A stretch of DNA of 64,000 bases from Rikenellaceae bacterium (GTDB lineage: Bacteria > Bacteroidota > Bacteroidia > Bacteroidales > Rikenellaceae), in NCBI GenBank assembly GCA_963926835.1, contig CAWUYY010000011.1, positions 4,022 to 68,021 of the forward strand. Reading direction: 5' to 3'. The notes beneath the pieces were generated by a model that was not told the origin of the DNA, did no database searches, and saw only the letters and a list, made by a program, of their open reading frames with translations. A program made the translations under genes and the position numbers. Shown here piece by piece: positions 20,937 to 31,735 of the stretch (position 1 is its first letter; every line of letters starts with the position of its first letter).

Positions 20937-22979
20937 TTATCCGACAATCGAGCCCGGCGTCATCGACTCCTCGGGACGCAGCAGCCGGAGCTTGCCCGAC
21001 GGATCCTCCGCCATCAGAATCATGCCCCGCGAGAGGATTCCCTTCAGTTCGCGTGGTGCCAGGTTCACCAGAACGAGCACCTCCTTGCCCACCAGCTCCT
21101 CGGGCTTGTAGTATTCGGCGATGCCCGAAACGATCTCACGCTGGTCAATACCCGTGTCGACGGTCAGCTTCAGCAGCTTCTTGGTCTTGGCCACCTTCTC
21201 GGCCGCCAGGATCTTCGAAACGCGGATATCCATCTTCTGGAAATCGTCGAACGAGACGCTTCCCTTCTGATCCTCAATGTGTTGCGATGCGTTGGCCGCA
21301 GCGTTTGCCTGCTTGGTTGCCTCCAGCTTGTCCAGTTGGCGCTGAATGACATCGTCCTCGATCTTCTCGAAGAGCAGCTCGGCCTGGCCGATGCGGTGTC
21401 CGGCCGGGAGCAGATCCGTCCGTCCCAGGTCATCCCAGGTGAAGGGGCCGGCCTGCACCATTTTGACGATTTTGGCGGCCGTAAAGGGCATGAAAGGCTC
21501 GATGGCTACCGAGAGGTTCGCCGTGATCTGAAGTGCGATGTTCAGGATCGTTTTGACCCGTTCCGGGTCGCTCTTGATCAGCTTCCAGGGCTCGGTGTCG
21601 GCCAGGTACTTGTTGCCGATGCGGGCGACGTTCATCGCCTCCTTCAGCGCTTCGCGGAAGCGGTAGTTCTCGATGTTGCTGCCGAGCGCCTCTTTTGCAC
21701 AGGCCAGTTCGCTCAGCGTCTGGCGATCGTAGTCGGTCAGCTCGCCGCAGGCGGGGACGACCCCGTCGAAATATTTGTGGGTCAGGACCAGGGCCCGGTT
21801 GACGAAGTTGCCCAGAATGGCCACCAGTTCGTTGTTGTTGCGGGCCTGGAAGTCCTTCCAGGTGAAGTCATTGTCCTTGCTCTCGGGGGCGTTGGCGCAG
21901 AGCACGTAACGCAGCACGTCCTGCTTGCCGGGGAACTCCTCGAGGTATTCGTGCAGCCAGACGGCCCAGTTGCGCGAGGTCGAGATCTTGTCCCCCTCGA
22001 GGTTCAGGAACTCGTTGGCCGGCACGTTCTCCGGCAGGATGTAGCCGCCGTGGGCCTTGAGCATCGACGGGAAGACGATGCAGTGGAAGACGATGTTGTC
22101 CTTGCCGATGAAGTGAACCATCTTCGTGTCCTCGCTCTTCCAGTATTTTTCCCAGTCGGGAGTGAGCTCCTTGGTGGCGGAGATGTAGCCGATCGGCGCA
22201 TCGAACCAGACGTAGAGCACCTTGCCCTCGGCCCCCTCGACCGGCACGGGAATACCCCAGTCCAGGTCGCGGCTTACGGCACGGGGCTGCAGCCCGCCGT
22301 CGAGCCAGCTCTTGCACTGTCCGTAGACGTTCGGTTTCCACTCCTTGTGGTCCTCGAGGATCCACTTGCGCAGGAAACCCTCGTACTGATCCAGCGGGAG
22401 GTACCAGTGCTTGGTGGTGCGCTTTACCGGCACGGAGCCCGATACGGCGCTGTGCGGGTTGATCAGCTCGTCGGGCGAGAGGGTCGAACCGCACTTCTCG
22501 CACTGGTCGCCATAGGCCCCCTCGTTGCCGCATTTGGGGCAGGTGCCCACGATGTAGCGGTCGGCAAGGAAGGTATGCGCCTCTTCGTCGTAATACTGTT
22601 CGGAGGTTTTCTCGATGAACTTGCCCTCGTCGTAGAGCTTGCGGAAGAAGTCCGAAGCGGTCTTCGAGTGGACCGGCGACGAGGTGCGCGAGTAGATGTC
22701 GAAGGCGATGCCGAAATCCTCGAACGACTTCTTGATGATCGCATGGTAGCGATCCACGATCTGCTGGGGCGTAACCCCCTCTTTCCGAGCCTTGAGCGTG
22801 ATGGGCACCCCGTGCTCGTCGCTGCCGCAGACCGAAATGACATCGCAGCCGCGCATTCGCAGATAGCGCGTGTAGATGTCTGACGGAATGTAGACGCCTG
22901 CCAGGTGGCCGATGTGTACCGGGCCGTTTGCATAGGGCAGCGCGGAGGTGACCAGATAACGTTTGAATGTTTTGCTCAT
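20937..22979 (-). CDS. metG: methionyl-tRNA synthetase
   Basis: LPYANG.HIGH, YVWFDA, KISTS, C-terminal tRNA-binding OB domain. Confidence 0.97.
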   Translation of the reverse strand: MSKTFKRYLVTSALPYANGPVHIGHLAGVYIPSDIYTRYLRMRGCDVISVCGSDEHGVPITLKARKEGVTPQQIVDRYHAIIKKSFEDFGIAFDIYSRTSSPVHSKTASDFFRKLYDEGKFIEKTSEQYYDEEAHTFLADRYIVGTCPKCGNEGAYGDQCEKCGSTLSPDELINPHSAVSGSVPVKRTTKHWYLPLDQYEGFLRKWILEDHKEWKPNVYGQCKSWLDGGLQPRAVSRDLDWGIPVPVEGAEGKVLYVWFDAPIGYISATKELTPDWEKYWKSEDTKMVHFIGKDNIVFHCIVFPSMLKAHGGYILPENVPANEFLNLEGDKISTSRNWAVWLHEYLEEFPGKQDVLRYVLCANAPESKDNDFTWKDFQARNNNELVAILGNFVNRALVLTHKYFDGVVPACGELTDYDRQTLSELACAKEALGSNIENYRFREALKEAMNVARIGNKYLADTEPWKLIKSDPERVKTILNIALQITANLSVAIEPFMPFTAAKIVKMVQAGPFTWDDLGRTDLLPAGHRIGQAELLFEKIEDDVIQRQLDKLEATKQANAAANASQHIEDQKGSVSFDDFQKMDIRVSKILAAEKVAKTKKLLKLTVDTGIDQREIVSGIAEYYKPEELVGKEVLVLVNLAPRELKGILSRGMILMAEDPSGKLRLLRPEESMTPGSIVG

Positions 22980-23193
22980 AGTGTTTAATTCAGAAAGCTA
23001 ACAGATGTTACTATTTTGTGCCAAATGTAGTGATTTTTATAATAATTAGAAACTAAAATCGCACTTTGTTCCGTCAAATTCTCAATTCCAGCCCCCTCCG
23101 GAGCCGATCTTCCGGCTCTTTCGGACGCGCCCGCCCGCGACCGGGAACGACAAACCCGGAACGCATGGTCCCGGGTCTGTCGTCGGATCGGAT

Positions 23194-24963
23194 TTATTGT
23201 TTGCCCCGTACGGGCTTGATATCCTTGATGCGCAGCTGCACCGAGACCGTTCCGCGGTAGTGGTTCTCGACGATCTGGTAGCAGACGTCGATCGGTCGTC
23301 CGGCGTGGATCCACTCGTAGTGGGTCGGCTGCTGGAAGGCGATGGTCGGAAGGGTCGTGTTGGGCTTCTGGCGCTGCATCAGATCCATGCGCAGGTGCTC
23401 CATTTCGGCCCCGACCAGCTTGGGCTCCCCGTGGCTGACCACGCCGCGCGTGACGAAGACGGGCGAGGGGTTGCCGGGCCCGAAGGGCTGGAAGCGGTTC
23501 AGGTTGCGGCGGAACGCCGGGGTGATCTCCGAGAAGAGCAGCTCGCTGTCGATGTCCACCTGCGGCTGCAGCATCTCGGGGTCGATATGCTCCTCGACAT
23601 AGGCGTTGAAGCGGCGGGTGAACTCCTCGACCCGCTCGGGTTTCATCGTCAGTCCGGCCGCGTACATGTGGCCGCCGAAGTTCTCAAGCAGGTCCGAGCA
23701 CGACTCGATGGCCTGGTAGAGGTCGAATCCCGGGACGGAGCGCGCCGAGCCGGTCACGTAGCCGTTGCTCATCGTCAGCACGACCGTCGGCCGGTAGTAG
23801 GTCTCGATCAGACGCGAGGCGACGATGCCGACGATCCCCTTCATCCATTGCGGATTGTAGATCACCGTGCTCTTGGCCCGCTTCATCTCCTCGTTGGCCT
23901 CGATGTAGTCGTGGGCCTGCTGGGTGACGTTGCGGTCGATGTTCTTGCGGTCCTGGTTGAAGCCGTCGATCACCGAGCCGAACTCCTCGGCCTGGCTCTC
24001 GTCGCCCTCGATCAGCAGGTTGACGGCCGCATAACCGCCCGACGGGGCGGCATGCTCGTCGTGTTCGTCCATCCGCATCCGGCCGGCGGCGTTGATGCGC
24101 GGCCCGATCTTGAAGACGATGTCGTCGATGGTGATGCCGTGTTTGTGCAGCCCGCAGATCTTGATGATCGAGAGCAGCCCCTTCGACGGTGAATTGTTCA
24201 GGCGGATCAGTCCGTAGTGGGCCAGGATTCGGTTTTCGTCGACCAGGGGGACGATGTCCGAGGCGATGCTCACCACCAGCAGGTCGAGCAGCGGCTCGAT
24301 CTGCGAGAAGGGGATGTGGTTCTTCTGGGCATAGGCCTGAATGAGTTTGAATCCCACGCCGCAACCCGACAGCTCGTCGAACGGATAGGTGCAGTCGGTG
24401 CGTTTGGGGTCGAGAACGGCTACGGCACGGGGAATCTCCTCGGCCGGAAGATGGTGGTCGCAGATGATGAAATCCACGCCCTTACTTTTCGCATAGTCCA
24501 CTTTTTCTATGGCTTTGATGCCACAGTCCAGGGCGATGATCAGCGTGGCGCCCTTGCGGGCCGCATGGTCGATGCCCTTGATCGAGATACCGTAACCCTC
24601 GGTATAGCGATCGGGAATGTAGAACAATAGGTTTTTGTGACCTATGTGGCGTAAGAATTTGTAAACCAACGAGACGGCGGTTGTTCCGTCCACGTCGTAG
24701 TCGCCGTAGACCATGATTGTCTCCTGGTCACGGATGGCTCTCTCCACCCGTTCGACCGCCTTGTCCATGTCCTTCATCAGGAACGGATCGTGCAGGTCCG
24801 AGAGGTGGGGGTTAAAAAATTTCTTAGCCTTCTCTAACGTGTCTATGCCCCTCTGTACGAGCAGGTTGGCCAATACAGGTGCAATCCCGAGCGCAGCGGA
24901 CAGAGCCGCCACCGCCTTCGGATCTCCCTGAGGCTTCACTACCCATCGTTTTTCTATAGGCAT
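23194..24963 (-). CDS. recJ: ssDNA exonuclease RecJ
   Basis: GDYDVDG, DCG, DHH, PRINAAGR, GSARS, GGH.AAG. Confidence 0.96.
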   Translation of the reverse strand: MPIEKRWVVKPQGDPKAVAALSAALGIAPVLANLLVQRGIDTLEKAKKFFNPHLSDLHDPFLMKDMDKAVERVERAIRDQETIMVYGDYDVDGTTAVSLVYKFLRHIGHKNLLFYIPDRYTEGYGISIKGIDHAARKGATLIIALDCGIKAIEKVDYAKSKGVDFIICDHHLPAEEIPRAVAVLDPKRTDCTYPFDELSGCGVGFKLIQAYAQKNHIPFSQIEPLLDLLVVSIASDIVPLVDENRILAHYGLIRLNNSPSKGLLSIIKICGLHKHGITIDDIVFKIGPRINAAGRMRMDEHDEHAAPSGGYAAVNLLIEGDESQAEEFGSVIDGFNQDRKNIDRNVTQQAHDYIEANEEMKRAKSTVIYNPQWMKGIVGIVASRLIETYYRPTVVLTMSNGYVTGSARSVPGFDLYQAIESCSDLLENFGGHMYAAGLTMKPERVEEFTRRFNAYVEEHIDPEMLQPQVDIDSELLFSEITPAFRRNLNRFQPFGPGNPSPVFVTRGVVSHGEPKLVGAEMEHLRMDLMQRQKPNTTLPTIAFQQPTHYEWIHAGRPIDVCYQIVENHYRGTVSVQLRIKDIKPVRGKQ

Positions 24964-24968
24964 ACTGG

Positions 24969-25643
24969 TTATTTATTATATATTTTAACATTTAATTTCT
25001 TGCTTAATTCGTTGATTACGTGTTGCTTCACCTCTTCCATGGGAACCGTGCGGCCCAACTCCTTCTCGATTGAGGTGGCACCCCGGTCGGCGAATCCGCA
25101 GGGATTGATGTGGGAGAAGTAGCGCAGGTCGGTCGATACGTTCAGGGCGAAGCCGTGCATGGTGACGTAGCGCGAGGCGCGCACGCCGATCGCGCAGATC
25201 TTGCGGGCCGGGTTGGCCCCTTCGATCCAGACCCCCGAGGCGCCGGCGATGCGGCCGCCGCGGATGCCGTAGTGGGCCACCGTGTCGATGATGGCTTCTT
25301 CGATCGAGTCGATGTAGTCGCGCAGCGAGAGTCCGATGCGCTCCAGGTCGAGAATCGGGTAGCCGACGATCTGGCCGGGGCCGTGGAAGGTGATGTCGCC
25401 GCCGCGGTCGATGTGGTAGAAGTCGGCGCCGATCTGGCGCAGGTAGGCTTCGCTGACCAGCAGGTTCTCCGAGTGGCCGCTCTTGCCCAGCGTATAGACG
25501 GGCGGATGCTCGACCAGCAGCAGATAGCCGGCCTGTTCCGACTCCTCCTGCTTGTGTCGCAGAAGGGTGTCGAAAAGCGCCTGCTGGTAGCCCCAGCAGG
25601 TCTTGTAGTCCATCTGACGGAGATCCCGGTACTCGACAAACAT
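24969..25643 (-). CDS. lipB: octanoyltransferase LipB
   Basis: EHPPVYTLG, RGGDITFHGPGQ, KICAIG, HGFALN, INPCG. Confidence 0.95.
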   Translation of the reverse strand: MFVEYRDLRQMDYKTCWGYQQALFDTLLRHKQEESEQAGYLLLVEHPPVYTLGKSGHSENLLVSEAYLRQIGADFYHIDRGGDITFHGPGQIVGYPILDLERIGLSLRDYIDSIEEAIIDTVAHYGIRGGRIAGASGVWIEGANPARKICAIGVRASRYVTMHGFALNVSTDLRYFSHINPCGFADRGATSIEKELGRTVPMEEVKQHVINELSKKLNVKIYNK

Positions 25644-25778
25644 CGTCAATTTACAGCAATCGCCCCTTCGGAAGAGAGAGTCCCCTCACACATCGAGGGT
25701 GACCCTTCGCCGAAGGCGCAGGTTCAACACTTCGTTTGCTGCAGACCTTTTTCGTCGCGCAGGTTTCCGAACGGGCTC

Positions 25779-26678
25779 TTAGCGGTCGTTCTGCTGATGC
25801 AGGCGGACCGATCCGAGCGCCTCGTCGGCCAGGTACGAAGAGCGTACCATGGGGCCGCTTGCGCAGTAGTTGAAGCCCATCTGGAGGGCCTGCTGCCGGT
25901 ACCAGTCGAATTTCTCAGGAGTAATATACGCCGCAACGGGATAGTGCTCCAGCGTGGGACGAAGGTACTGGCCGAGGGTCACGATCTGTACGCCATTGTC
26001 GTGCAGGTCGCGCAAGGTCTGTAAAACTTCATCATCGCTCTCGCCGAGACCGACCATCAGGCCGCTTTTGACGACGGCACCCCGGCTGCGCAGGTATCGC
26101 AGCACGCTCAGGCTTGTGGCGTAGCGGGCGCGGGAACGCACCAGCGGAGTGAGTCGCTCGACGGTTTCGATGTTGTGCCCGATGATATCGGGCCCGGATG
26201 CGATCACCAGATCCAGCAGTTCCGGCTTGGCATCCAGATCGGGAATAAGGAGCTCAATTGTGACGTCGGGATTTTCGGCCCGTATGGCACGAACGGTCGC
26301 GGCCCAGTGAGCCGCACCGCCGTCGGGCAGATCGTCGCGTGTAACGGATGTTACCACCACATGCCGAAGTCCCATCAGCCGGACGCTTTCGGCCAGCTTG
26401 GCGGGTTCCGAGGGGTCGGGCGGCAGGGGCCGTCCCGAGGCGGTGGCGCAGAAACGGCAGTTGCGCGTGCATACGTCACCCAAAATCATGAAAGTCGCCG
26501 TCCTGCGGCTCCAACACTCGGCCTTGTTCGGACACATGCCGCTGCTGCAGATCGTGTGCAGCGAGTGTTCCTTGACGATACGCTGTACATCGGCATAGTC
26601 TGCGGTGCGGTGAAGTCGAATCTTCAGCCAGTTCGGTTTATGTAGGACGTCTACCTTTTGTCCATCTAACTTCGGCAT
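25779..26678 (-). CDS. lipA: lipoyl synthase
   Basis: CxxxxCxxxxxC plus CTRNCRFC; VRSSY. Confidence 0.96.
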   Translation of the reverse strand: MPKLDGQKVDVLHKPNWLKIRLHRTADYADVQRIVKEHSLHTICSSGMCPNKAECWSRRTATFMILGDVCTRNCRFCATASGRPLPPDPSEPAKLAESVRLMGLRHVVVTSVTRDDLPDGGAAHWAATVRAIRAENPDVTIELLIPDLDAKPELLDLVIASGPDIIGHNIETVERLTPLVRSRARYATSLSVLRYLRSRGAVVKSGLMVGLGESDDEVLQTLRDLHDNGVQIVTLGQYLRPTLEHYPVAAYITPEKFDWYRQQALQMGFNYCASGPMVRSSYLADEALGSVRLHQQNDR

Positions 26679-26886
26679 TTTAAGTTCTTATTTTCCCAAT
26701 TGATGCAAAAGTACAAAAAAATATCAATCGCTTTTTCAATTGTGTGATAAAAAGCACAAAAATGGCCGTCGGAGATCGTGTGACGCGGATCGCCTCCGCC
26801 CGACTCTCCCCTTCGGGAGGACGGACGGAGGCGATCAGGGGGGTGGACGAGGAGGGGCCGATGGCCGGGGCCACGCCCGTTTGTAC

Positions 26887-27915
26887 CTATTTTTCCCGCC
26901 GGTCGAGGTGGCACTGCCACTCCCAGGTCGAACGGAGCGTCTCCTCGAGCGGACGCTCGGCCCGCCACTCCAGTTCGCGGTTGGCCAGCGACGGATCGGC
27001 CCAGATGGCCACGATGTCGCCGGCGCGGCGCGGCCCGAAGCGGTAGTTGATCTTCAGGTGGTTGGCCCGCTCGAATCCGTTGACGAGCTCAAGGACCGAG
27101 AGGCCCCGTCCCGTGCCGATGTTGAAGACCTCGTAGCGGTCGCTGCCCTTCTCCTCCAGCATGCGGTGAAGGGCGGCCACGTGGGCCCGTGCCAGGTCAA
27201 CCACGTCGATGTAGTCGCGGATGCAGGTGCCGTCCGGGGTCGGATAGTCGTTGCCGAAGATGGTCAGGCACTCCCGGATCCCGGCCGCCGTCTGGGTGAT
27301 GTAGGGAAGCAGGTTCTGCGGCACGCCGCGCGGCAGTTCACCGATCAGGGCCGACGGATGGGCGCCGATCGGGTTGAAGTAGCGCAGGGCGATTCCCCGC
27401 ATCCCGGGGATGGCGGCCACCGAGTCGCGCAGGATGTCCTCGCAGATCTGTTTGGTGTTGCCGTAGGGCGAGGTGGCCGGTTTGCGCGGTGTCTGCTCGG
27501 TGACGGGCTGTTTGTCGGGTTCGCCGTAGACGGTGCACGACGAGGAGAAGAGAACGTTCGGACGCCGGTAGTCCCGCATCAGCTCCACCAGATTCAGAAA
27601 CGAATTGAGGTTGTTGCGGTAGTATTTCAGGGGCTGCTCGACCGACTCCCCGACCGCCTTCGAGGCGGCGAAGTGGATGGCCGAACGGAATTCGTAGCGC
27701 TCGAAGAGCCGTTTGAAGGCCTCCCGGTCGCAGCAGTCCACCTGCTCGAAGGGGACCTCGCGTCCGGTGATGCGGCGGACGCCCTCGACCGCCTGGCGGT
27801 CGGAATTCGAAAGGTTATCGGCGATCACGACGTCGAATCCGGCGTTGATCAGCTCAACGGCCGTGTGCGAGCCGATGTAGCCCGCGCCGCCCGTTACCAG
27901 TACACACTCTCTCAT
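26887..27915 (-). CDS. galE: UDP-glucose 4-epimerase
   Basis: VTGGAGYIGSH, KAVGES, YGNTK, LRYFNP; start at MRECVL. Confidence 0.95.
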   Translation of the reverse strand: MRECVLVTGGAGYIGSHTAVELINAGFDVVIADNLSNSDRQAVEGVRRITGREVPFEQVDCCDREAFKRLFERYEFRSAIHFAASKAVGESVEQPLKYYRNNLNSFLNLVELMRDYRRPNVLFSSSCTVYGEPDKQPVTEQTPRKPATSPYGNTKQICEDILRDSVAAIPGMRGIALRYFNPIGAHPSALIGELPRGVPQNLLPYITQTAAGIRECLTIFGNDYPTPDGTCIRDYIDVVDLARAHVAALHRMLEEKGSDRYEVFNIGTGRGLSVLELVNGFERANHLKINYRFGPRRAGDIVAIWADPSLANRELEWRAERPLEETLRSTWEWQCHLDRREK

Positions 27916-28080
27916 GGTTTTATGCTGTTTTTTCGTTGTTTTCTCTCGGTGGTCCGAGCGCCCTTCGCCCGTGCCTGCCCGGCACTTCTCCCGGCGGCTG
28001 GCGCACCGACCGGCGAAGGAGTACATTTTTCGTGCCGCAGTGCGGCTCCCGGGGAAATTTCGCCCCGCTCTTCGCCCCTC

Positions 28081-28707
28081 TTACTTTTTGGGGGTGTAGA
28101 CCACCTTCTTGGTCTCGAAGAACTCCTCGTCGAAGAGGTCGCGGATCGGAAATTCGCGCCAGGGCTTGCGGGTGCGGGCCAGCTCTTCGCTCAGATCGCC
28201 CCCCTTGAGGTAGAGAATGCCGTCGGGAAGGGTGCCGTGCTGTCCCGGCTCGATCTTGTCCCAGATCCAGCGCAGGAAGAGGGGCATCTCGGTGACGGCC
28301 CGCGAGACGACGTAGTCGAACCGCTCGGTCAGCGTCTCGACCCGGGCGCAGAGGGGGGTGAGGTTGCTCAGCCCGATCCCCTCGGCCACGCCGCGTACGA
28401 CGGTGATCTTCTTGGCAATCGAGTCGACGGCCGTGAACTGTGCTTCGGGAAAGAGAATGGCCAGCGGAATCGAGGGGAATCCCCCGCCGCACCCGACGTC
28501 GAGGATGCGGGCGCCGACGTCGAAGCGGCACACCTTGGAAATTGCAAGCGAGTGCAGCACGTGGCGCACGTAGAGTTGGTCGAAGTCCTTGCGCGAGATG
28601 ACGTTGATCTTGGCGTTCCAGTCGGCGTAAAGGTCGTATAGCGCCTCGTACTGGCTGCGCTGCCTCTCGGTCAGATTCGGAAAGTATTTGACAATCGGCT
28701 CTATCAT
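28081..28707 (-). CDS. rsmG: 16S rRNA m7G527 methyltransferase RsmG/GidB
   Basis: WNAKINVIS, DVGCGGGFP, VSRAV, YLKG. Confidence 0.95.
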   Translation of the reverse strand: MIEPIVKYFPNLTERQRSQYEALYDLYADWNAKINVISRKDFDQLYVRHVLHSLAISKVCRFDVGARILDVGCGGGFPSIPLAILFPEAQFTAVDSIAKKITVVRGVAEGIGLSNLTPLCARVETLTERFDYVVSRAVTEMPLFLRWIWDKIEPGQHGTLPDGILYLKGGDLSEELARTRKPWREFPIRDLFDEEFFETKKVVYTPKK

Positions 28708-28731
28708 GGTCTTGGTCGGATTTTTTGGGGG

Positions 28732-29298
28732 TCAGTGTCGGTCGATGATCGAGAGCAGCTGCAGCATCTGTTCGCGGGCGCGGTGGATGCGCGTCTTAAC
28801 GGTTCCGAGCGGCAGCTGGAGCCGGGCGGCGATCTCCTCGTAGGAGCACTCGTCGAAGAAGCGCAGCACGATCAGCTCGCGGTAGCGTTCGGGCAGGCGC
28901 TGCAGGATCTGCTTGATCTGGCTGCGCTGCTGCAGGTTGATGAAGTTCTCCTCGGGCGAGGGGGCCGTGGAGGTCGATGCGGCGGTGTATTTCTCGTCGA
29001 TGGGCATGTCCTCCTGCCGTTTGCGGGCGTAGTCCACGAAGGTGTTGCGGGCGATCGTGTAGACCCACTGGCCGAAGGTGTAGGCCGGGTTGTAGCGGTG
29101 GATGTTGATGTAGACCTTGATGAAGGTCTCCTGCAGCAGGTCATCGGCATCCTGGGCGTTGCCCGTGCGCAGGACAAAGAGGCGGTGAATCGCCTCCTGA
29201 TAGCGGTTGAAGAGGTATTCGAAGGCGGTGTTGTCGCCCGCGAGGACCAGTTCGATCAGTCGCCGGTCGTCGGCTACGATGTAGTCTCCTATCTCCAT
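28732..29298 (-). CDS. ECF RNA polymerase sigma factor
   Basis: DADDLLQETFIK, WVYTIARN, SYEEIA...GTVKTRIHRAR. Confidence 0.92.
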   Translation of the reverse strand: MEIGDYIVADDRRLIELVLAGDNTAFEYLFNRYQEAIHRLFVLRTGNAQDADDLLQETFIKVYINIHRYNPAYTFGQWVYTIARNTFVDYARKRQEDMPIDEKYTAASTSTAPSPEENFINLQQRSQIKQILQRLPERYRELIVLRFFDECSYEEIAARLQLPLGTVKTRIHRAREQMLQLLSIIDRH

Positions 29299-30443
29299 AC
29301 CCGTTCGTCTTTACGCAGATGCAGAATCCAGAGCAAGGTGGCGTAGAGCGGACTGAAGAGGTCGTAAAGGAGGTAGCGGCGGCCGATTCGCGGCTCGCCG
29401 AGGCGTTTGGCGATGCGGCGCACCTCGATCAGGACGGTCGTGAAGCGGGCGATCAGCAGCACGCCGACGGCGGCCTTGAACTCCCAGGGCATGATCACCA
29501 GGGCGACGATCGAGGCGATCCAGAAGAGGATGCGGCTGCCCAGCTCCCACTGGATGTAGTTCTTGACCCAGCGCGGGTAGAAGGCGAAGGCCGAGCCGAA
29601 AAAGCGTTGGGTGGAGGTCCACCAGCGCATGCCGCCCCAGCACTTTTCGCGCAGGGTGGCCCGGGGCGAGAGGACGACGCTGACGTTGCCCGGAGCGACG
29701 ATGCGCGGGAAGAAGAGGTCGTCCTCGCCGATGTTCATGTTCAGGTGGTTGAAGCCGTTGGCGCCGAAATAGAGGCGTTTGGTGAAGCCGTAGTTCTGAC
29801 GGGTGCCGCGATAGGGGCGTCCCTTGACGGCGCTCGCGAGCCAGTCGATCGACTGCATCATGCGCCAGGTGCGCATCAGGTAGCGCGAGAGCCCCTTCGA
29901 CTCCTCCAGACCGCAGTAGCCGATGACGATGTCGCCGCGGCGAAATCCGTTGGCCATCAGTGCGATCCATCGATCCGAGATGGGGTATGAGTCGGAGGTG
30001 GTGAACAGGATATGTTCGTAGTGAGCCGATTTGATGCCCACGTTGAGCGCCATTTTGGGCGAGATCGGGAAGCGGGGGTTGAGTTCGATCTTGGTGGCCG
30101 AGATCTGGGGAAAGGTCTGGCGGATGCGGAGCAGCTCCTCGAAGAAGTCGGTGTCGCGCCCCACGTAGACGATTACCACCTCGAACGAGGGGTACTCCTG
30201 GGCGATGAGGCGGGGCAGGGTCTCCTCGACGAAGGTGTAGTCCTCCGAGAAGAGCGGGATAACCACCGAAATGGGGGGATTTTCGGCGAGAATCTCGGGG
30301 CGGCGCGAATCTTTGTATTTCGGGATCCGTCCGTAGACCATCAGGTAGTAGTAGAGCTGCACCCCGAACATGACCAGGATGACTCCGGCCAGAGCCGTGC
30401 CCTCCCACCCGTAGTGGGCGATGACAAAGTCGATGAATTCCAT
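29289..30443 (-). CDS. membrane-bound GT2-like glycosyltransferase (possibly degenerate)
   Basis: PPISVVIP, GEDDLF, N- and C-terminal TM segments; DxD region reads TTSD. Confidence 0.75.
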   Translation of the reverse strand: MEFIDFVIAHYGWEGTALAGVILVMFGVQLYYYLMVYGRIPKYKDSRRPEILAENPPISVVIPLFSEDYTFVEETLPRLIAQEYPSFEVVIVYVGRDTDFFEELLRIRQTFPQISATKIELNPRFPISPKMALNVGIKSAHYEHILFTTSDSYPISDRWIALMANGFRRGDIVIGYCGLEESKGLSRYLMRTWRMMQSIDWLASAVKGRPYRGTRQNYGFTKRLYFGANGFNHLNMNIGEDDLFFPRIVAPGNVSVVLSPRATLREKCWGGMRWWTSTQRFFGSAFAFYPRWVKNYIQWELGSRILFWIASIVALVIMPWEFKAAVGVLLIARFTTVLIEVRRIAKRLGEPRIGRRYLLYDLFSPLYATLLWILHLRKDERVWR

Positions 30444-30699
30444 CTCCTAAACTCTTGAAAACAGGTTCTTTATAACGGGTGGTCGTCCGCCCCGGGCCGC
30501 AGCGGCCGGCGGGTTGCGCTCCGCTCTTGGGTCGGCATCGGCGGACTTGGCCCGATAATCATGCAAAAATAGGGAATTTATCCGAAATGAAGGGACGGAG
30601 TGAAAAATAAATCGCCGACGGCGGGCGACGGCGATTCGGGACGGGGCTCCGGCCCCGTCCGCAGCGGATGCTGCCTTCCGCCCGACGGCGTGGGGCGAC

Positions 30700-31629
30700 T
30701 CAGGCGGGAAGTGCCTCCCTGACCGGTTGCCGCTCGGGTGCGGCGGCAGGTTCCACCGTTTGGTGGCGGGCCCGGTAGCAGGCCGGCGTCATGTCGTACT
30801 GCTTGCGGAAGAGCTTGATGAAGTGCGAGGTGTTGGAGAAGGCGCAGAGGGTCCCGATCTCCGAGACGGGCTTGTCGGTCGAGATCAGCAGCAGCCGGGC
30901 GTGGATCAGCCGCTGGCGGATGAACCACTGGTGGGGCGAGGTGCCGTAGATCTGGTTGAACTCCTTCTTGAACGAGGTGAGCGACCGGTTGCACTGTGCG
31001 GCCAGCTCCTCGATCGAGATGTTGGAGAAGATGTGGGCGTAGACGGTCTGGCGGAAGGCGTCGCGCGAAGAGTCGACGTTGCTCAGCAGCTTGCTCCTGA
31101 GCGGGCACTCCCGGTGGCTGACCAGCAGATAGAGCAACTCGGTCATCTTGAGATCCTCGAGGATCGTGTCGTTGTGGAAGGTGCTGTCGTTCAGACAGGC
31201 GTTGGTCTGTTCGAAGAAGAGGCGCAGGAGTTCCCAGGCCGGCATCGAGGCGTGGTTCAGGTTGCGCCCGGGCGAGGGTGGCTCCGGCGGATTGGAGACC
31301 GTCAGCCGGTAGGTCATGTTCAGGTGGAGCAGGATCCGCTGCAGCTCGCTCGACGAGTAGAAGAAGAGCAGCTGCTCGAAGGGGTGCTTCTCCTCGGCGT
31401 TGTTGCGCAGGTAGTGGCGTCCCATACCCAGGAAGAAGACATCGCCCGGGCCGAGTTTGTAGCACTTGTCGCCGTAGTAGATCGATTTCTCGCCGTGCAG
31501 GATGTAGCCTACCGCGCAGCGCGACAGGGAGTGGACACGTATCTCATTGTGGGTGTTTTCGACGTAGCGGACGATCAGCGGCTGCTCGGAGAGTTGAGAG
31601 AAGGGTTGATTCATAGAGGGCATTACCAT
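30700..31629 (-). CDS. AraC family transcriptional regulator
   Basis: ELAAQCNRSLTSFKKEF...AFSNTSHFIKLFRKQYDMTP double HTH. Confidence 0.92.
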   Translation of the reverse strand: MVMPSMNQPFSQLSEQPLIVRYVENTHNEIRVHSLSRCAVGYILHGEKSIYYGDKCYKLGPGDVFFLGMGRHYLRNNAEEKHPFEQLLFFYSSSELQRILLHLNMTYRLTVSNPPEPPSPGRNLNHASMPAWELLRLFFEQTNACLNDSTFHNDTILEDLKMTELLYLLVSHRECPLRSKLLSNVDSSRDAFRQTVYAHIFSNISIEELAAQCNRSLTSFKKEFNQIYGTSPHQWFIRQRLIHARLLLISTDKPVSEIGTLCAFSNTSHFIKLFRKQYDMTPACYRARHQTVEPAAAPERQPVREALPA

Positions 31630-31735
31630 GTTTAGTCCATGTTATGAATCAAATTTACAATCTAAAATTGTATAAGCAAATAAAATAACGAAAAACAGAT
31701 GATAAATAATTAACTGAGTCGTTTTGAATGGGATA

